From contig NC_083289.1 in NCBI RefSeq assembly GCF_963506605.1, positions 30,132,001 through 30,196,000 on the forward strand: a stretch of 64,000 bases of DNA, in the 5' to 3' direction. The stretch comes from Zootoca vivipara (lineage: Eukaryota). The translations under genes were made by a program, and so were the position numbers. This document shows positions 31,849 through 50,895 of this stretch, in pieces; position 1 is the first letter of the stretch; the number at the start of each line of letters is the position of its first letter. The notes beneath the pieces are model-generated. The model was not told where the DNA came from. It did no database searches and saw only the letters and a list, made by a program, of their open reading frames with translations.

Positions 31849-34332
31849 AAAAGGGAAGTTTTCCAGCTTTAAAAATGTATCTTCTACCCACCCCCTTACC
31901 CTCAGTGGCTCGAGGCTGGTAGTATCACCTCGATTACTGCAATGCACATGATTGCTGCTTGCAACTTCAGAGACTTTTAGTGTGTAAGTTAGAATTCAAG
32001 GTCTCTGTTTACAAATTCCTTTAAAATGCACTTTGGAAAAAAGAGGGAAGTGTGTTGTGTTGGTTAGCTTTCAGATGTTGTGAAGCATTAAGTATGTCTT
32101 TAAACAACCACAGTGTTAATGGCATCAGGGTAGAGTCTTGCTCAGCTGGGTTAAAGGGATCGGGCAGGCTTCTCTTAAAACTTTTCACTGTGGTTCTTTG
32201 TGGAAACTATATCCTCGTATGTGGGAAATTCAGGGAAATGAGCAGTAGGAGGGCAATTGCTCTTTTCTGACCTGTAGAACTTGACTTTTAGCTTGGTTTT
32301 GATGCTTACTCAGGTCCTGGTTTTAGGCAGCCTGCTTCAGATGTGATTCCAGGAAATAGAAAATCACTTGTGTGTTCAATACTTTTGTTGTTACGCCTTT
32401 CCACACAGCCATTTGCACTCGCTTCAATATGCAAAACATGAAAGATGCTGTCGTGTTTCATTTATTCCTCTAAGATAGTAGGGGTGTGTGTATGTGTGTA
32501 TAAATATATATATAGTGATGTGAAGAACAGATGTCTATTTTTAAAGTGAATTATAATATATCAAAAATAGAATTTATTGTTCAGGAGAAATATCAATAGA
32601 TTTCTAAAAGATCTTGCTTGTGTTCTTCAGTACATACCACAGCAATACCTGCCCAGTCTGCAAGATGAAGCACCATTTTAAGTAAGGATCATTTGAGGAT
32701 TCCCAAATTGTGCTAATGGTTGAATTACACATGCAAAGTTACAAAAATGCCACAGTCACATGAAGGTCTTGCTACAAGTTGTAGTAGTTAATGATCCCAA
32801 GCATAAATTGTACCATCTGCGGCATCCTCTAGCATAAATAGGTGCCATTTTGCTTTTAAGCCATTTTAAAGTCAGTGCTGATGAAGCAACTACAGTAACT
32901 TGCCCTGTGCTTCCTATTAAAATCTTAATAGTGGGTTGTTCAGAGGACATTGGAAGTCCTTTGCAGATCCACCTTGACACCAGTTGTCTGCTGAAAATGG
33001 GTGTTCAAGCCATTTTGTTTTGCTGTTTTGTAGGAAACATGATTAAATGCACTCTTGAAGTGTCTGCCTAGTTTTGTCCTTGTGACACTAAATGCCAAAT
33101 TGTGTAATAACAGCTCAAGAAATCAGATTTGGAAATGTAAGGATAAAAGCAGCACTCACTTTGGGTAAACAACAGATGATGCTTGTTTGCTTTCATTTTC
33201 CAAACATTGCCCAAATATCTCTGACAATATTGTGTGCAGATTATGCTTCCTGTATCACAGACACTTGAAACTTGCATGAACTTGCCACTTTTTGATGCAG
33301 CAATAATTGTGTTGTCCACCGTGAAATATATTTTGTATTTATAAATATTATAGGATCAGCATTGATACATACCTAGAAGTGCTAAAGATACACAATAACA
33401 CACCCCCACCCAGCAAGGTGCCCTTTATAATCTGTATCTCAATAGAATTTTTTTCTTCTTAGACTTGCTGAACTGATTTGTAAGCCTAAAGGTTGTTCTC
33501 CGTCTTCGATGATGATGCAAACTGTTTCTTTCTTTCTGTTTGGACTGACTTGAAAATAACATGATGTCCTTTTGCTAGGACTTGTGCTTATGCAAATCTG
33601 GGGAGATTGAGGAATTGTTCCATATATGATAAATGTTGTTTAGAAACCTGTCAACAACTGCTCAGACTTACTAGCCATGCAGTAGAGCCTTTCACCACTT
33701 TTCACTCTTTCTTCCCTTGTTGTGAAACTGTGCTGGTGAAAGACCAACCAGTCTGTGTAAAAGCATCGGGGGAAATTCAGTCCTGTTCTTGAGTCATATT
33801 AAACAATAAGTCTCTCTCTTTTTTCTTTGTGTTGTCACTTTTTAATTCTGCATGCTATGAACCTCACTCATGTTCATCAAAAATAATATGCAAAATAAAC
33901 CTTTTACCCTGGTTTTTTTTACTGTAATTCACATTACCTCCATAAGGTTTCATTTGAATTGTCTGTAGCGTCATGATCGAATGTGGAAGAGACCTGCTTG
34001 AGAGCTAAATTGTGCAATGTTATAAATATCCAGTAGACACCAGTGGGAATAAGATTTTTCTTTTATTTAAATTGGCTGTGTGTTCTTTCCTGTTTCAAAT
34101 TAATAGTTTGAATTTTTGGTTCCTAATGTAAGGTTAGTGAGAATTGTTTTTTGGTAAAATGAGACTAGCAATCCTATATAAATTTATGTAGAAATAAGTC
34201 CTACTGTTATCAGGGGAGTTTATTGTTTACAGTTGCAGCCTTAATCTCCCTTTTTAGAACTCCGTACCTTCTTTGCACATACAGACTAGGCTCAAAAATA
34301 ATGGCCAATTGTGGTTTATCCATCAGGTCTGA

Positions 34333-34731
34333 GCTCCCAGTACGTTTTTGAGCACAATTCAAAGTGTTGGTGCTGATCTTTAAAGCCCTAAACGGCCTCG
34401 GTCCAGTATACCTGAAGGAGCGTCTCCACCTCCATCGCTCTGCCCGGACACTGAGGTCCAGTGCCGAGGGCCTTCTGGCGGTTCCCTCGCTGCGAGAAGC
34501 CAAGTTACAGGGAAGCAGGCAGAGGGCCTTCTTGGTAGTGGCACCCGCCCTGTGGAACGCCCTCCCACCAGATGTCAAAAAGAAAAATAACTACCAGACT
34601 TTTAGAGGACATCTGAAGGCAGCCCTGTTTAGGGAGGCTTTTAATGTTTAATCGGTTATTTTATTTTTCTGTTGGAAGCCGCCCAGAGTGGCTAGGGAAA
34701 CCCAGCCAGATGGGCGGGGTATAAATAATAA

Positions 34732-34765
<34 letters not shown>
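34333..34765 (+). mobile_element. L2 LINE 3' end with (TTA)n tail
   Basis: Encodes an L2 ORF2 C-terminus (FKVLVLIFKALNGLGPVYL...RAFLVVAPALWNALP). Confidence 0.85.
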
Positions 34766-34766
<1 letters not shown>

Positions 34767-36442
34767 GCCTGTCACATCATCCTTGGAGGTTTTGGATTTC
34801 TGAAAAATTTTGGATTCAAAATTAGTGTCCTATTGCAATAGAGATCTAATTTAGCATGTTTTTACTTATTTTTAGTGAAAATAAATCTCCAGATGTTTTG
34901 TGCTACAACTTCCATCAGTTCCAGCCAGCACATTCCTCAAAGAATTCACCACCCTGAGCCGGTATTTGGCTACATATCACAAAGTTGATTACTGGTTTGC
35001 TTTTAGCTATTTAGAGGCATGAAAGGGCTGTTTAGCCACAGCTGAGCAGGAGCAGAATGGGTGTTCTGAGGAAATGGTGCCAGAGGAAAATGTGCCCAGC
35101 CTTAACCTTGGGCCATGAAATGCACGAGTGTGTGTGTTAATTATGAGAATGAGCATGTCGGCATGAAAGCATTTTTCTTCTGGCCCCCACCCCTTTTTCT
35201 AATGGGCCTCAAGCAAACACCGCAGGACAGTGGTATGATCTTTTGCCAGAAGAAATAGCTTGGAAGCAAAAGATGGCAGGTGCTTCATAAGACGATGATG
35301 ACAAGCTGTCATCATAGCCTTGCCCCAAATGATCTTGGGGCAAGCTCACTGTGGAAATAGCCAAGGCTTCAGGGCATTTCATTGGACTGTGAAACAAAGT
35401 AAACTGGGCCAGTGTGGTGAGCTTCTCCACTGACTCTACAAGTAGAGGTTCTTTCTATGGGCCTTTGGATTCTTTATTCCTGTTCTCCACCTATCATAGG
35501 TATGCGCCCACTTTGCTACTTGCTTTTACTGACAGGGAGAATCAGCCATTCTCTCCTCCTCCCTCCCAGGAGTCTGGTGCAACTTGAAAACTGTCAGCAC
35601 CTGAAAGTGCCTCATTTGAATGTGTGCTACCTCTGCTCACACTCCCATCTTAAAACTTGACCAGCTGCAGACAAGCATGGCTTGAGAGAAACAACATTTT
35701 TTCTCTCTCCCCACCTTCTGCAAAAAAAACCAGAAGGTTTTTTTGATCATTCTCGGTGTCAATGACCATGCTGCCATCTTAAAATGGAACGATCCAGTTT
35801 CCCAAATTGTTGAAATCGCAAAGTTGCCTCCTACTTCCTCTTCAGAGTCCTCAAAAAGACCCATTTGCTTGATATGCAATACTAAAATAGATTTGTATTT
35901 GATAATCACATCAAGTAACCTTTTCCTGTTTCTGACCATGTTAATTCAGGAGAGTCGTGGTTCTATGCGCTGCAGAGGTTCGGAAGGTGACGGGTCTGAA
36001 TGGCAGGTTCTCTCCAGGAGCAGATGTCTCAGACCTCTGGGCAGGCTGGCACTCTTCTCTACTTGTTTTCACTTCCTTCCCTCCCCTCACCCCAAATGAG
36101 AGAGATGTCTGGCCCATACCAAGGGCGGCTGCCAGAATGCAAAGGTCTCACACAAAGCCCCCAATTGTGTTCCCCATGAATGTGTTAGCTGTCTCACAAG
36201 GAAGGACAGTGAAAGCATCACCATGCCCAGGACAGCATCTTTCTGCAGCCTCTGTTCCCTCCCACCATTTAGAGCATCTAACGTTTCACCACCACGTGGC
36301 TCCTTCTCCAAGTCAAGGTGCCAGGGTGGGCAGCAAAAAGGGGCATGTTCTCGGGTTTCAAACCGGATTCTGAGGGATTTGATAATGCACAAGCTCTATA
36401 CTGTCAGAAGGTAGAGTCAGAGGAGCAAAGAGGGCATCGAGA

Positions 36443-42927
<6,485 letters not shown>

Positions 42928-45007
42928 ATGACCTGGACCACCCTCTGCACCTCTGCTCTTCTCTACGTGAACACAAAGGCGAGGCTACGCTGTCTGCCAA
43001 GCCCACGTTGCAATTCAGGGCTCTGGATTGGGCAAGAAGGGCTACAGGAACCTTCCCCAACCTGGTGCTCTTTGGGTGCTTTGGACTACAATTCCCTATC
43101 AGCACAGTTGTGCTTCCTGGGTCTGATGGGCTTGTAGTCCAACAGCATCTGAAGGGCACCAGGTTGAGGAAGCTTGAACTACAGTGGCACACAGTCAAGA
43201 TGGCAGTATATACATATATGTGTGTGTATATACTGTATGTATATGTACACTCCTGCTTTATTTACAAAGAGTGTTGCCCTTTCAGCTATAAGCCTGTAAA
43301 TAATTTTCTGTGGGGAGAAAAAACTGCGTGGTGTAGATCCAGTTAAAAATCCGAGTCAAGCAAACATTTTGTAAAACAAAGTATTTTTTAAGAAAAACAA
43401 CAAACCACCCATTTTAAGGAGCTACCCTGGTGTGTGTGCATGTGTGAAAATAATTAAAAGCACAAAATATGAGGAAATGAGCAGCTTGAGATGTGTGTTA
43501 ATAGCAGCAAGGGAGAGAGAGAAGAGAGGAACCAAGAACTCCTGTGTCGTCCCCCACCCCAGGCCGAAAAACCTGCTTGCACTTCTCCAAGCACAATTCC
43601 CTGCTGGGAGGCCCTTTTCAGTCCTTTTTTTCAGTTCTGTGGACCGGGATGGCAGTGATACACTGCTTGGCTAGCTCCATTACTCAACCAGCCTTCCTCA
43701 AGCTGGTGCTCTCCAGCTTTTTTGGACTACAACTCGACGTCAGCCATAGATGCCATTGCCATAGGGTGCTGGAGCTGATGAGAGTTGTAGTCCAAAACAG
43801 CTCAATAGCACCAGCTGGGGAAAGGCTGCCTTAAATCATCTGCTAATTAATAAAGGCACTTCGGAGCCCAGAACAGGGTGCAGCCCCCCAACTCTGGGGA
43901 GAAGCCATTGCTCACTCTCCCCACGCCTGGCTACAGCATTGAATGTCAGGCCTAACTGCATTTTTACTTGCAACTTGATTCAGTTAGAAAACACAGAGAG
44001 TTTTTTCCTCGCTCTACCATAATGCTGTCCCACCCCACCCCGGATTGTCTAATGATGCTAATGTTGGAAAATTCAGGAGGGACAGAAGAAAGTTCCAGCT
44101 GAACTATGGGAATTCGCTCCCACAAGATGCAGTGATGGCTACTGACCTGGATGGCTTTGAGAGAAGTCTACTCTAGACAATTCATGGAGGATGAAAAGGG
44201 TTATCAATAACTACTAGTCAAGACAGTAACCTCCAGGAGCAGAGGGGAAATAACAGAATTGCAGAGTTGGAAAGGACACAAAGGGTCATCTAGTCCAACC
44301 CCCTGCAAAACAGGAATCACAGTGATGAGTTTTCCTGTGCTCACATCCTACTTGTGAGCTTCCCACTGGTGTAGCTGGCCTAGATGGGCCTCTGATCCAA
44401 TCCAGCAGTTTATAACCATAAAAGCAACGAGGGTAAACCATTTCTCTTCCAACTGCAGTGAGCCTTCTGGAGCAGGAGGTGGCAAGCTTGCAACAGAGGC
44501 CTCCTACCTTTGCTCCTAGCGGGGGAGAAGGGGTGTGTCATGTTTGCAAATATTAAACATTGGCAATAAAATTTTATACAAATAACTAGAGGCACATTAG
44601 CTGGAATTTCCGCTTAGCCATTTACGTTGGGCAAAAGTGAATGGAAGGAACAGAGGGCAGTCTACCTAAACAAAAGCAGTTCCCCAAAGAGAGCAAGTTG
44701 AAACCATGTGTTGGGAGATCCATCCCATACAGCAACATCGGTGTTGAGTGTCACAGTTTCTCCTTACAAACAACTCTTTGTTAAGTGATGCTTTTGCACA
44801 AGGATCTTACACCAAACAAAATTTGGGGGTTCCGTTTTAAAACTGCCTGCCACTGTGCAAAGAACTAAGATGGTTAAGGTGGCTTCAGTTAGTTTTACTT
44901 GAATCCGGCTCTTCTGCAGAAAGGCAGCTGTGGGTGGCAACACAGTCTATGCACACCTGACCAAAAAAAACAGTCTTGTAGCAATCTTGGGAGCGCAGCC
45001 TTCCTTC

Positions 45008-45126
45008 TCAGCCCAATACACTGTCGTTGAAAGCAAGGCAGACAACCGCTTTCTGATGCCCACTGTATTCCCGCTTGATCTCGCCCGTTTCCACACACCA
45101 GAGCCTGGCCAGATTATCCGAGGAGG
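45008..45126 (-). CDS. MLST8: MLST8 last coding exon
   Basis: [39 protein letters not shown]. Confidence 0.96.
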
Positions 45127-48100
45127 CTAGGGAAGGAAAAGGGACATCGTGAAGCCACACATACAAACACACACAACAATCGGCAATATATGGATGCCAC
45201 TGAACTGCTTTACAAGGTTGTCGTAACAATTAGTGAGCTACTTCATAAAGCATTTATAGACGTACCGTGTTTCTCATATTTTAAGGCATCCCTAAAAAAT
45301 AAGGCATGGCAGGATTTTCATGACCTGGCGAAATATAAGGCATACCCCGAAAATAAGACGTAGCAGTACCGGGTTGTGGTGGGAGCAGGTCTGTGCAAAA
45401 TACGGTACCATAAGAAGAAAAGGAAGATGCCTCCTCGGAACTGGATGCCGCTGCCACGTGGAGCTCCGTCCGAGTGGGAGCCAGCAAGAGCTGCAGCAGG
45501 AGCCTCAGTGCGAAGCCCGGCTACGGTAGAGCCTCAGCGCGCGGCGCCGGGACCCTGCTAGACCCGCAGCTCAAGCCGCGCAAAGCCCGGCAGCCGGCAG
45601 GAGCCTTAGCGGGCAGCGCGCGAAGCCCAGGAGCTGGCTGGAGCCGCAGCTCAAAGCGCGCTCCTGATAAGCCCCGGCAGCCGGCAGGAGCCTTAGCGCG
45701 CAGCGCGCGAAGCCCGGGAGCTGGCTGGAGCCGCAGCTCAAAGCGCACTATCGGTAAGCCCCAGCAGCCAGCAGGAGCCTTAGCGGGCAGCGCGCGAAGC
45801 CCGGGAGCTGGCTGGAGCCACAGCTCAAAGCGCGCTCCTGATAAGCCCCGGCAGCCGGCAGGAGCCTTAGCAGGCAGCGTGCGAAGCCCGGGAGCTGGCT
45901 GGAGCCACAGCTCAATAAGACATCCCTTGAAAATAAGCCATGTTGTGTTTTTTTGAGAAAAAAATAAATATAAGACATGACTTATAATATGAGAAACACG
46001 GTATATACTGTTTAACAATGTGTACGTTTTTCAAAATCTTCGTATTTTAGTAGGGTGGGAGGCAGAAATGAGACGGGCATTGTTTGATTTTGTACATAAT
46101 AGCTTGGCCTGGCCACAGGGGGCTTAATGTCCCTTGTCATCCTTCCTATTTATTCTCCAAGGAAAGGTGCGCCCACCCTTGTTCACCTGTGACAATGTAC
46201 TGAGAGTCTCCTGAAAATGCGCAGTCCCACATCCAGCCGCGGGAGGTTTCCCCTGGATTGTTGCTCTTGATGCTCAATTCCGTCATCAGAGAGAAGTTAG
46301 ACGTTCTCCAGATCTTGCAGGTTTGATCAGCAGAACAGGTTGCCAAAAGCCTGGAGCAGAAGACGGAAGACTTGTCAGAGTGGGGCAAGGCAGGTGGGAC
46401 ATAGGCTAGAAGTGTCACTCAAAATAACCAATAACATAAAGTCCCTGTTTATACTGCCGGATTTTAAAGAATGTATTGTTTATTTTCATCCCCTCCTCAA
46501 GGTGGCATACATAGTTCTCCCCTTCACATTTAATCCTCACAACAACCCTCTGGTGTAGGTTTAGGATGAGGCAGTGACTGGCACCCCAAGGTCCCCCACT
46601 GAGCTTCATGGCCAAGTGGGGATCTGAACCCTGGTCTCCCTGGTCCGGTGCTCTAACCCAGGCATCCCCAAACTTCGGCCCTCCAGATGTTTTGGACTAC
46701 AGTTCCCATCTTCCCCAACCACTGGTCCCGTTAGCTAGGAATCATGGGAGTTGTAGGCCAAAACATCTGGAGGGCTGCAGTTTGGGGGTGCCTGCTCTAA
46801 CCACTACACCACACTGGTACTAAATGGAGTTATCAATCAATAAGCTTTATTTGCATAGCTGACAGCCATAGCAACAGAATACAGGCAATATACAATTAAA
46901 AACAACATGGATAAAAGTATCAGTCATATGACTATGATAGTTATGGGTCCCAAAAAGAGTCCTTATAGGAAAGGTCTGTAGCTCAGTGGTAATAGAATCT
47001 GCTATGCAGGTAGGCAGCCCCAGGTTCAATCCCTTATGGCATCTGCAGATAGGGCTGGGAATGCCGCCGCCGCCCCCCACCACTATATGAAACCCTAGAA
47101 AGCCAGTCCTACTCACGTGGAGTCTGGGCTGAATTTGCACTGGAGAGCATAGCGGCTGTGCGCAGGAATCTTGGTCTTTGGGATGAGCTGCGTCACCTCA
47201 TCTCCTATGCCACCTGTGAGATTCCACACGTAACAGTTACCCTGCAACGGGAGGGGAATGGAACATCTGAGAGGCCGTCTGCCTGCCAAATCCCTTGAAG
47301 GCTTAGATCTGGCTGTCACATGACACCAAGCCATAGTTAGTTAACCTAACTGGCATGTGCAAACCCAGCCCAGCAGACTAACCATGGCTTGAGGTAACTA
47401 TGGTTTGGCAAACCGAGGAGCCTTGCTTAACCATGATTTCTTTGACCAACCCACCCCAGGCCTTTGCTGAGCTACAGTGGCCCAAGGCAAGAGCATCTGG
47501 AAAACAAAAACTTTGGATGGCTTGTTTTTTCCTCTGTCAGGCAATTCATGGTTTGTTGAATAAACCCTGGTTAAAATAAACCCTGGTTTAGCATTACGTG
47601 CAAACACAGCCACCGTGGACTCTCTATAAACAAGATGCAGGCAGAGAAACAACAGGCAGGCTGTAGCACATCACTGTGCGCCACAAAGCCAGCCAGCACT
47701 TACTGAACTGTTAACGGCAGCCATGTAGCTGGCATCAGGATCAATATGAACAGAGTTGACAGAGACTTCTGGCTCTGGGATGAGCTGTTCATTGTGGTCC
47801 GTCTTCAAGTCCCAGATGTGAATGGCCCCACTCTGGTCCCCAACAATAAGTTCTGCCTGTGGACAGAAACACACACAAAAAGGCCATCACCTCTCAAGAA
47901 CACAGACCCTGCAAATCCCCACCATTTGGAAGACTGCATGGAAAGGGGAGACATTCCCAGGGGATGGTCTGAAGTCACATGAGGCCACCTCCCTGCTGAA
48001 GCTAAGCAGGTCTGAGTCTGGTCAGTGCCTGGGTGGGGACCTGCCTGGAATCCCACAAACCCACCCTTTTGGATTCCACAAGGGATGAAAGGTGGAATAG

Positions 48101-50574
48101 GAATGCCAGAAAATAAAAGTATCTAGAAGGTGTGGATGGGAGGGCTTCATGTTGACTGGTTTGGGTTTCTCTAGCCTGGTGAGAAGAATAGTGAGAGGTG
48201 ATATGAGAGCCACCTTTTGATATTGGAAGAGCTGTCACAATGTCACATGGAAGATGGAGCAAGCTTCCTTTCTGATGCTCCAGAGGGGAGAACCTGAACC
48301 CATGGATTCAAATGAAAAGAAAGGAGATTCTAACTAAACATTAGGATGAACTTCCTGATGCTAAGAACAGTCTGACAGTGGAACAGACTCCCCTTCACAG
48401 GAAATTGGATGGCCACATGTCAGTGACTTAACTGGAAATCCTGCATTGCAGGGGGTTGGACTAGGTGACCATTGGGACTCCTTCCAACTCTACAATTCTG
48501 TGATTCATACCTGATTGGGATGGAGGCAGACACAGTTGATGGGGGCATTCACTTGGAAAATGCGCTGGCACTGGAGGTTACGGGACCTGGGAACAGAACA
48601 GACACAGGCAGAATGACAGGTGAGCCAAAGCATAACCCCTTCACTGCCATTACTCCAGGGAGCTCCAAAGCGCTTTTTGTGAACTTCATTCACCAGGAAA
48701 GCCTCCTATGCAAAAAGATCTTATATTCCAAAGAAACATCTCCTGGCCAAACCCTTAGTGGAGCGCATTAAACAATGCTTAGGGCAGTGTTTCTCAACCT
48801 CGGGCCCCCAGATGTTTTTGGCCTACAACTCACATGATCCCTAGCTCACAGGACCAGTGGTCAGCGATCCAATTTGATGGCCATCACTGCCTCCTGTGGG
48901 AGTGAGCTCCATAATTTAACTGTGCACTGCATGATGAAGTCATTTCTTTTATCTGTCCTCAGTTTTCCAACATGCAGCTTCACTGGGTCTCCTGTGAGAG
49001 CGGGAGAAAAACTTATCTCTATCCCCTTTCTCCAGGTTATGGAAAGGAGCAGAGCTCCAGAGGCTTACCTGAGGTCCCAGATGCGGGCCATGCAGTCCTC
49101 GCCTCCCGTGTACATCCAGCGACCATCTTCATGGAAGCCAACAGAGGTGATGTTCTTGCTGACACCGTCGTAGTTGATAACAGGGTTTGGGTTATTGGAG
49201 TTCAAGTCATACATACGGATGTGTTGGTAGCCTGGGCAAAAGACCCCCAACTAGTTCATAGCTAGTTGAAAAACACAAATTTGACCTTTGCACAGAATTT
49301 TCTGCAGGCGACTGGCAGAATAAGAACTCATGTCAAGACCCACAAAAGATTAAAGCAGTCATTCTCCTTCAGGTGTGGTGGCAAGTATTAAGGAGATGGG
49401 GACAGCAAATTGAAATTTATTTTGGTTTGCTGATACTCAGGTAGCTTGGACCTACACCAGACAGCAGGTTCAAAAGCAGAGTTTCAACTAAACTTCAGAG
49501 GTTTAAAAGCAAAGTTATTCCCTATTAGGAATAATTGTCTTAGTGGAAGTTAGACTAGAGTCACTAGACTTATGAGATCCTTTCCAGCTCTATGATTCTA
49601 TGAACTGTAAGCAGTTTATCTTATTAACCAGGAATCCTTGTAACAGTAAATCCCAATACTATAAACATTAGAAAGGTCCCTTCTTCTGTGTCTGTCCTTT
49701 CTTCCTAGCCCTGCTCCCATCCTAACTGGAAAGCCAGTGTGGCGTAATGGTTAGAGTGTCAGACTAGGTCCTTGGAGACCAGGGTTCAAATCCCCACTTG
49801 GCCATGAATCTCACTGGGTGACCGTGTGGGCCAATCACTGCCTCACAACCTAACCTACCTCACAGAGTTGATGTGGGGATTAAATGAGAGGGAGAACCAG
49901 GGGGACCACCTTGAGCTCTTTGGAGAAAAAGGTGGGATATAAATGCAATTGATCAACTCCAAATAAGGACAGAGGAAAGGGATGACCAGGGCAGTGGGGT
50001 GGGGCATGTTGCATTTCCTTCACTTTACCTGATGGTAGGGCTGGCATCAACTAACAAGCATGGGGGTGTTTCTCTGGGCTGGAAATAACCTCCCTGGCTT
50101 CTCCCGAGGCCATAGTTTTGTGATCATGGAGAGAATTCACTGTTAGATGTCTGTAGCCAACACACCAACCTCACAATTCCTTGGCAGAGCCATCAGCATT
50201 AGAGACATCATGCCCTTGGAGAGACAAGGTTGGAAAGAAAAGGTTGCACCTCCATGCTCTTGGAATATGCCACACTTACCTGCAGCAGCAATCATGCTCC
50301 GATCTGGGGTGATCTCGAGAGCATTGACCTGCTGGCAAATGTGGTTAAGGAAGACAGAACAGGCTGGCCCATGTAGCTATAGTGAAACACTAAGTAAGGT
50401 TAGCAGAGCCAAAATCCTGTTACAGCTGGTGCATCAAAAGGATACAGAATCTTGGTGCTGGACAGTCCGGGTGCATATCCCACTGTGGGCCTGCCAGAAG
50501 CGAACTGTGTGGTCATAGCCAGCAGTGGCCAAGATGACGGGGTCGCTGCCCACAGTGCCCTGTGCTGTGTTCAT
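45008..50574 (-). CDS. MLST8: Target of rapamycin complex subunit LST8 (WD40), complement(join(45008..45126,46187..46350,47117..47241,47704..47856,48511..48586,49069..49231,50280..50331,50446..50574)), 326 aa
   Basis: [32 protein letters not shown] ... [16 protein letters not shown]; seven-blade WD40 LST8 sequence; phases consistent; total 981 nt. Confidence 0.97.
45265..46001. mobile_element. Non-autonomous TcMar (Tc2-like) element with an 87-bp tandem repeat, in the last MLST8 intron
   Basis: TIR CCGTGTTTCTCATATT / AATATGAGAAACACGG; TA TSD; AAAATAAG subterminal repeats. Confidence 0.87.
45580..45915. repeat. 87-bp GC-rich tandem repeat, about 4 copies
   Basis: Units start near 45580, 45667, 45754 and 45841. 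Confidence 0.9.
46187..46350 (-). CDS. MLST8: MLST8 coding exon 7
   Basis: [21 protein letters not shown]...[16 protein letters not shown]. Confidence 0.96.
46659..46794 (+). mobile_element. hAT-type MITE family B, nested in the head of a minus-strand tRNA SINE
   Basis: 8-bp TSD ctctaacc. Confidence 0.9.
47117..47241 (-). CDS. MLST8: MLST8 coding exon 6
   Basis: [42 protein letters not shown]. Confidence 0.96.
47704..47856 (-). CDS. MLST8: MLST8 coding exon 5
   Basis: [30 protein letters not shown]...AAVNSS|gtaagt. Confidence 0.96.
48511..48586 (-). CDS. MLST8: MLST8 coding exon 4
   Basis: [25 protein letters not shown]|gtatga. Confidence 0.95.
49069..49231 (-). CDS. MLST8: MLST8 coding exon 3
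   Basis: [22 protein letters not shown]...ARIWDLR. Confidence 0.96.
49735..49950 (+). mobile_element. Old tRNA-derived (MIR/CORE-like) SINE
   Basis: TGGCGTAATGGTTAGAG A box, GGTTCAAATCCC B box; similar copies near 42105, 46500 (-), 54460. Confidence 0.65.
50280..50331 (-). CDS. MLST8: MLST8 coding exon 2
   Basis: [18 protein letters not shown]|gtaagt. Confidence 0.94.
50332..50445 (-). other. MLST8: U12-type (minor spliceosome) GT-AG intron, 114 nt
   Basis: 5' splice site GTATCCTTT; branch site TTCCTTAAC (50352-50344) about 10 nt before the AG. Confidence 0.93.
50446..50574 (-). CDS. MLST8: MLST8 first coding exon (acceptor at 50585)
   Basis: accATG...QHQDS|gtatcctttt (U12 donor). Confidence 0.95.
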
Positions 50575-50759
50575 GGTGCTGGTTTCTAAGGAGACAAAAA
50601 GGCAGAGGGGTTGGGGTCCCACCCATGTGGCTAGAGAGGAGATGCCCTACCTTCTCCCAAAGAGACACTGGCGGGAAGGGGGAGACTCAACACTGCCCAG
50701 GGCGGAGCTGAGAGCTGGCAACGTGGCCACTAGCCACAGTGGCTATGCTCCGTCTCCAT

Positions 50760-50895
50760 CAGGCACCCCCAAACTTCGGCCCTCCAGATGTTTTGGACTA
50801 CAATTCCCATCTTTCCCGACCACTGGTCCTGTTAGCTAGGGATCATGAGAGTTGTAGGCCAAAACATCTGGAGGGCTGTAGTTTGGGGATGCCTG
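50760..50895 (+). mobile_element. hAT-type MITE family B
   Basis: TSD gtctccat/gtctccac. Confidence 0.88.
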
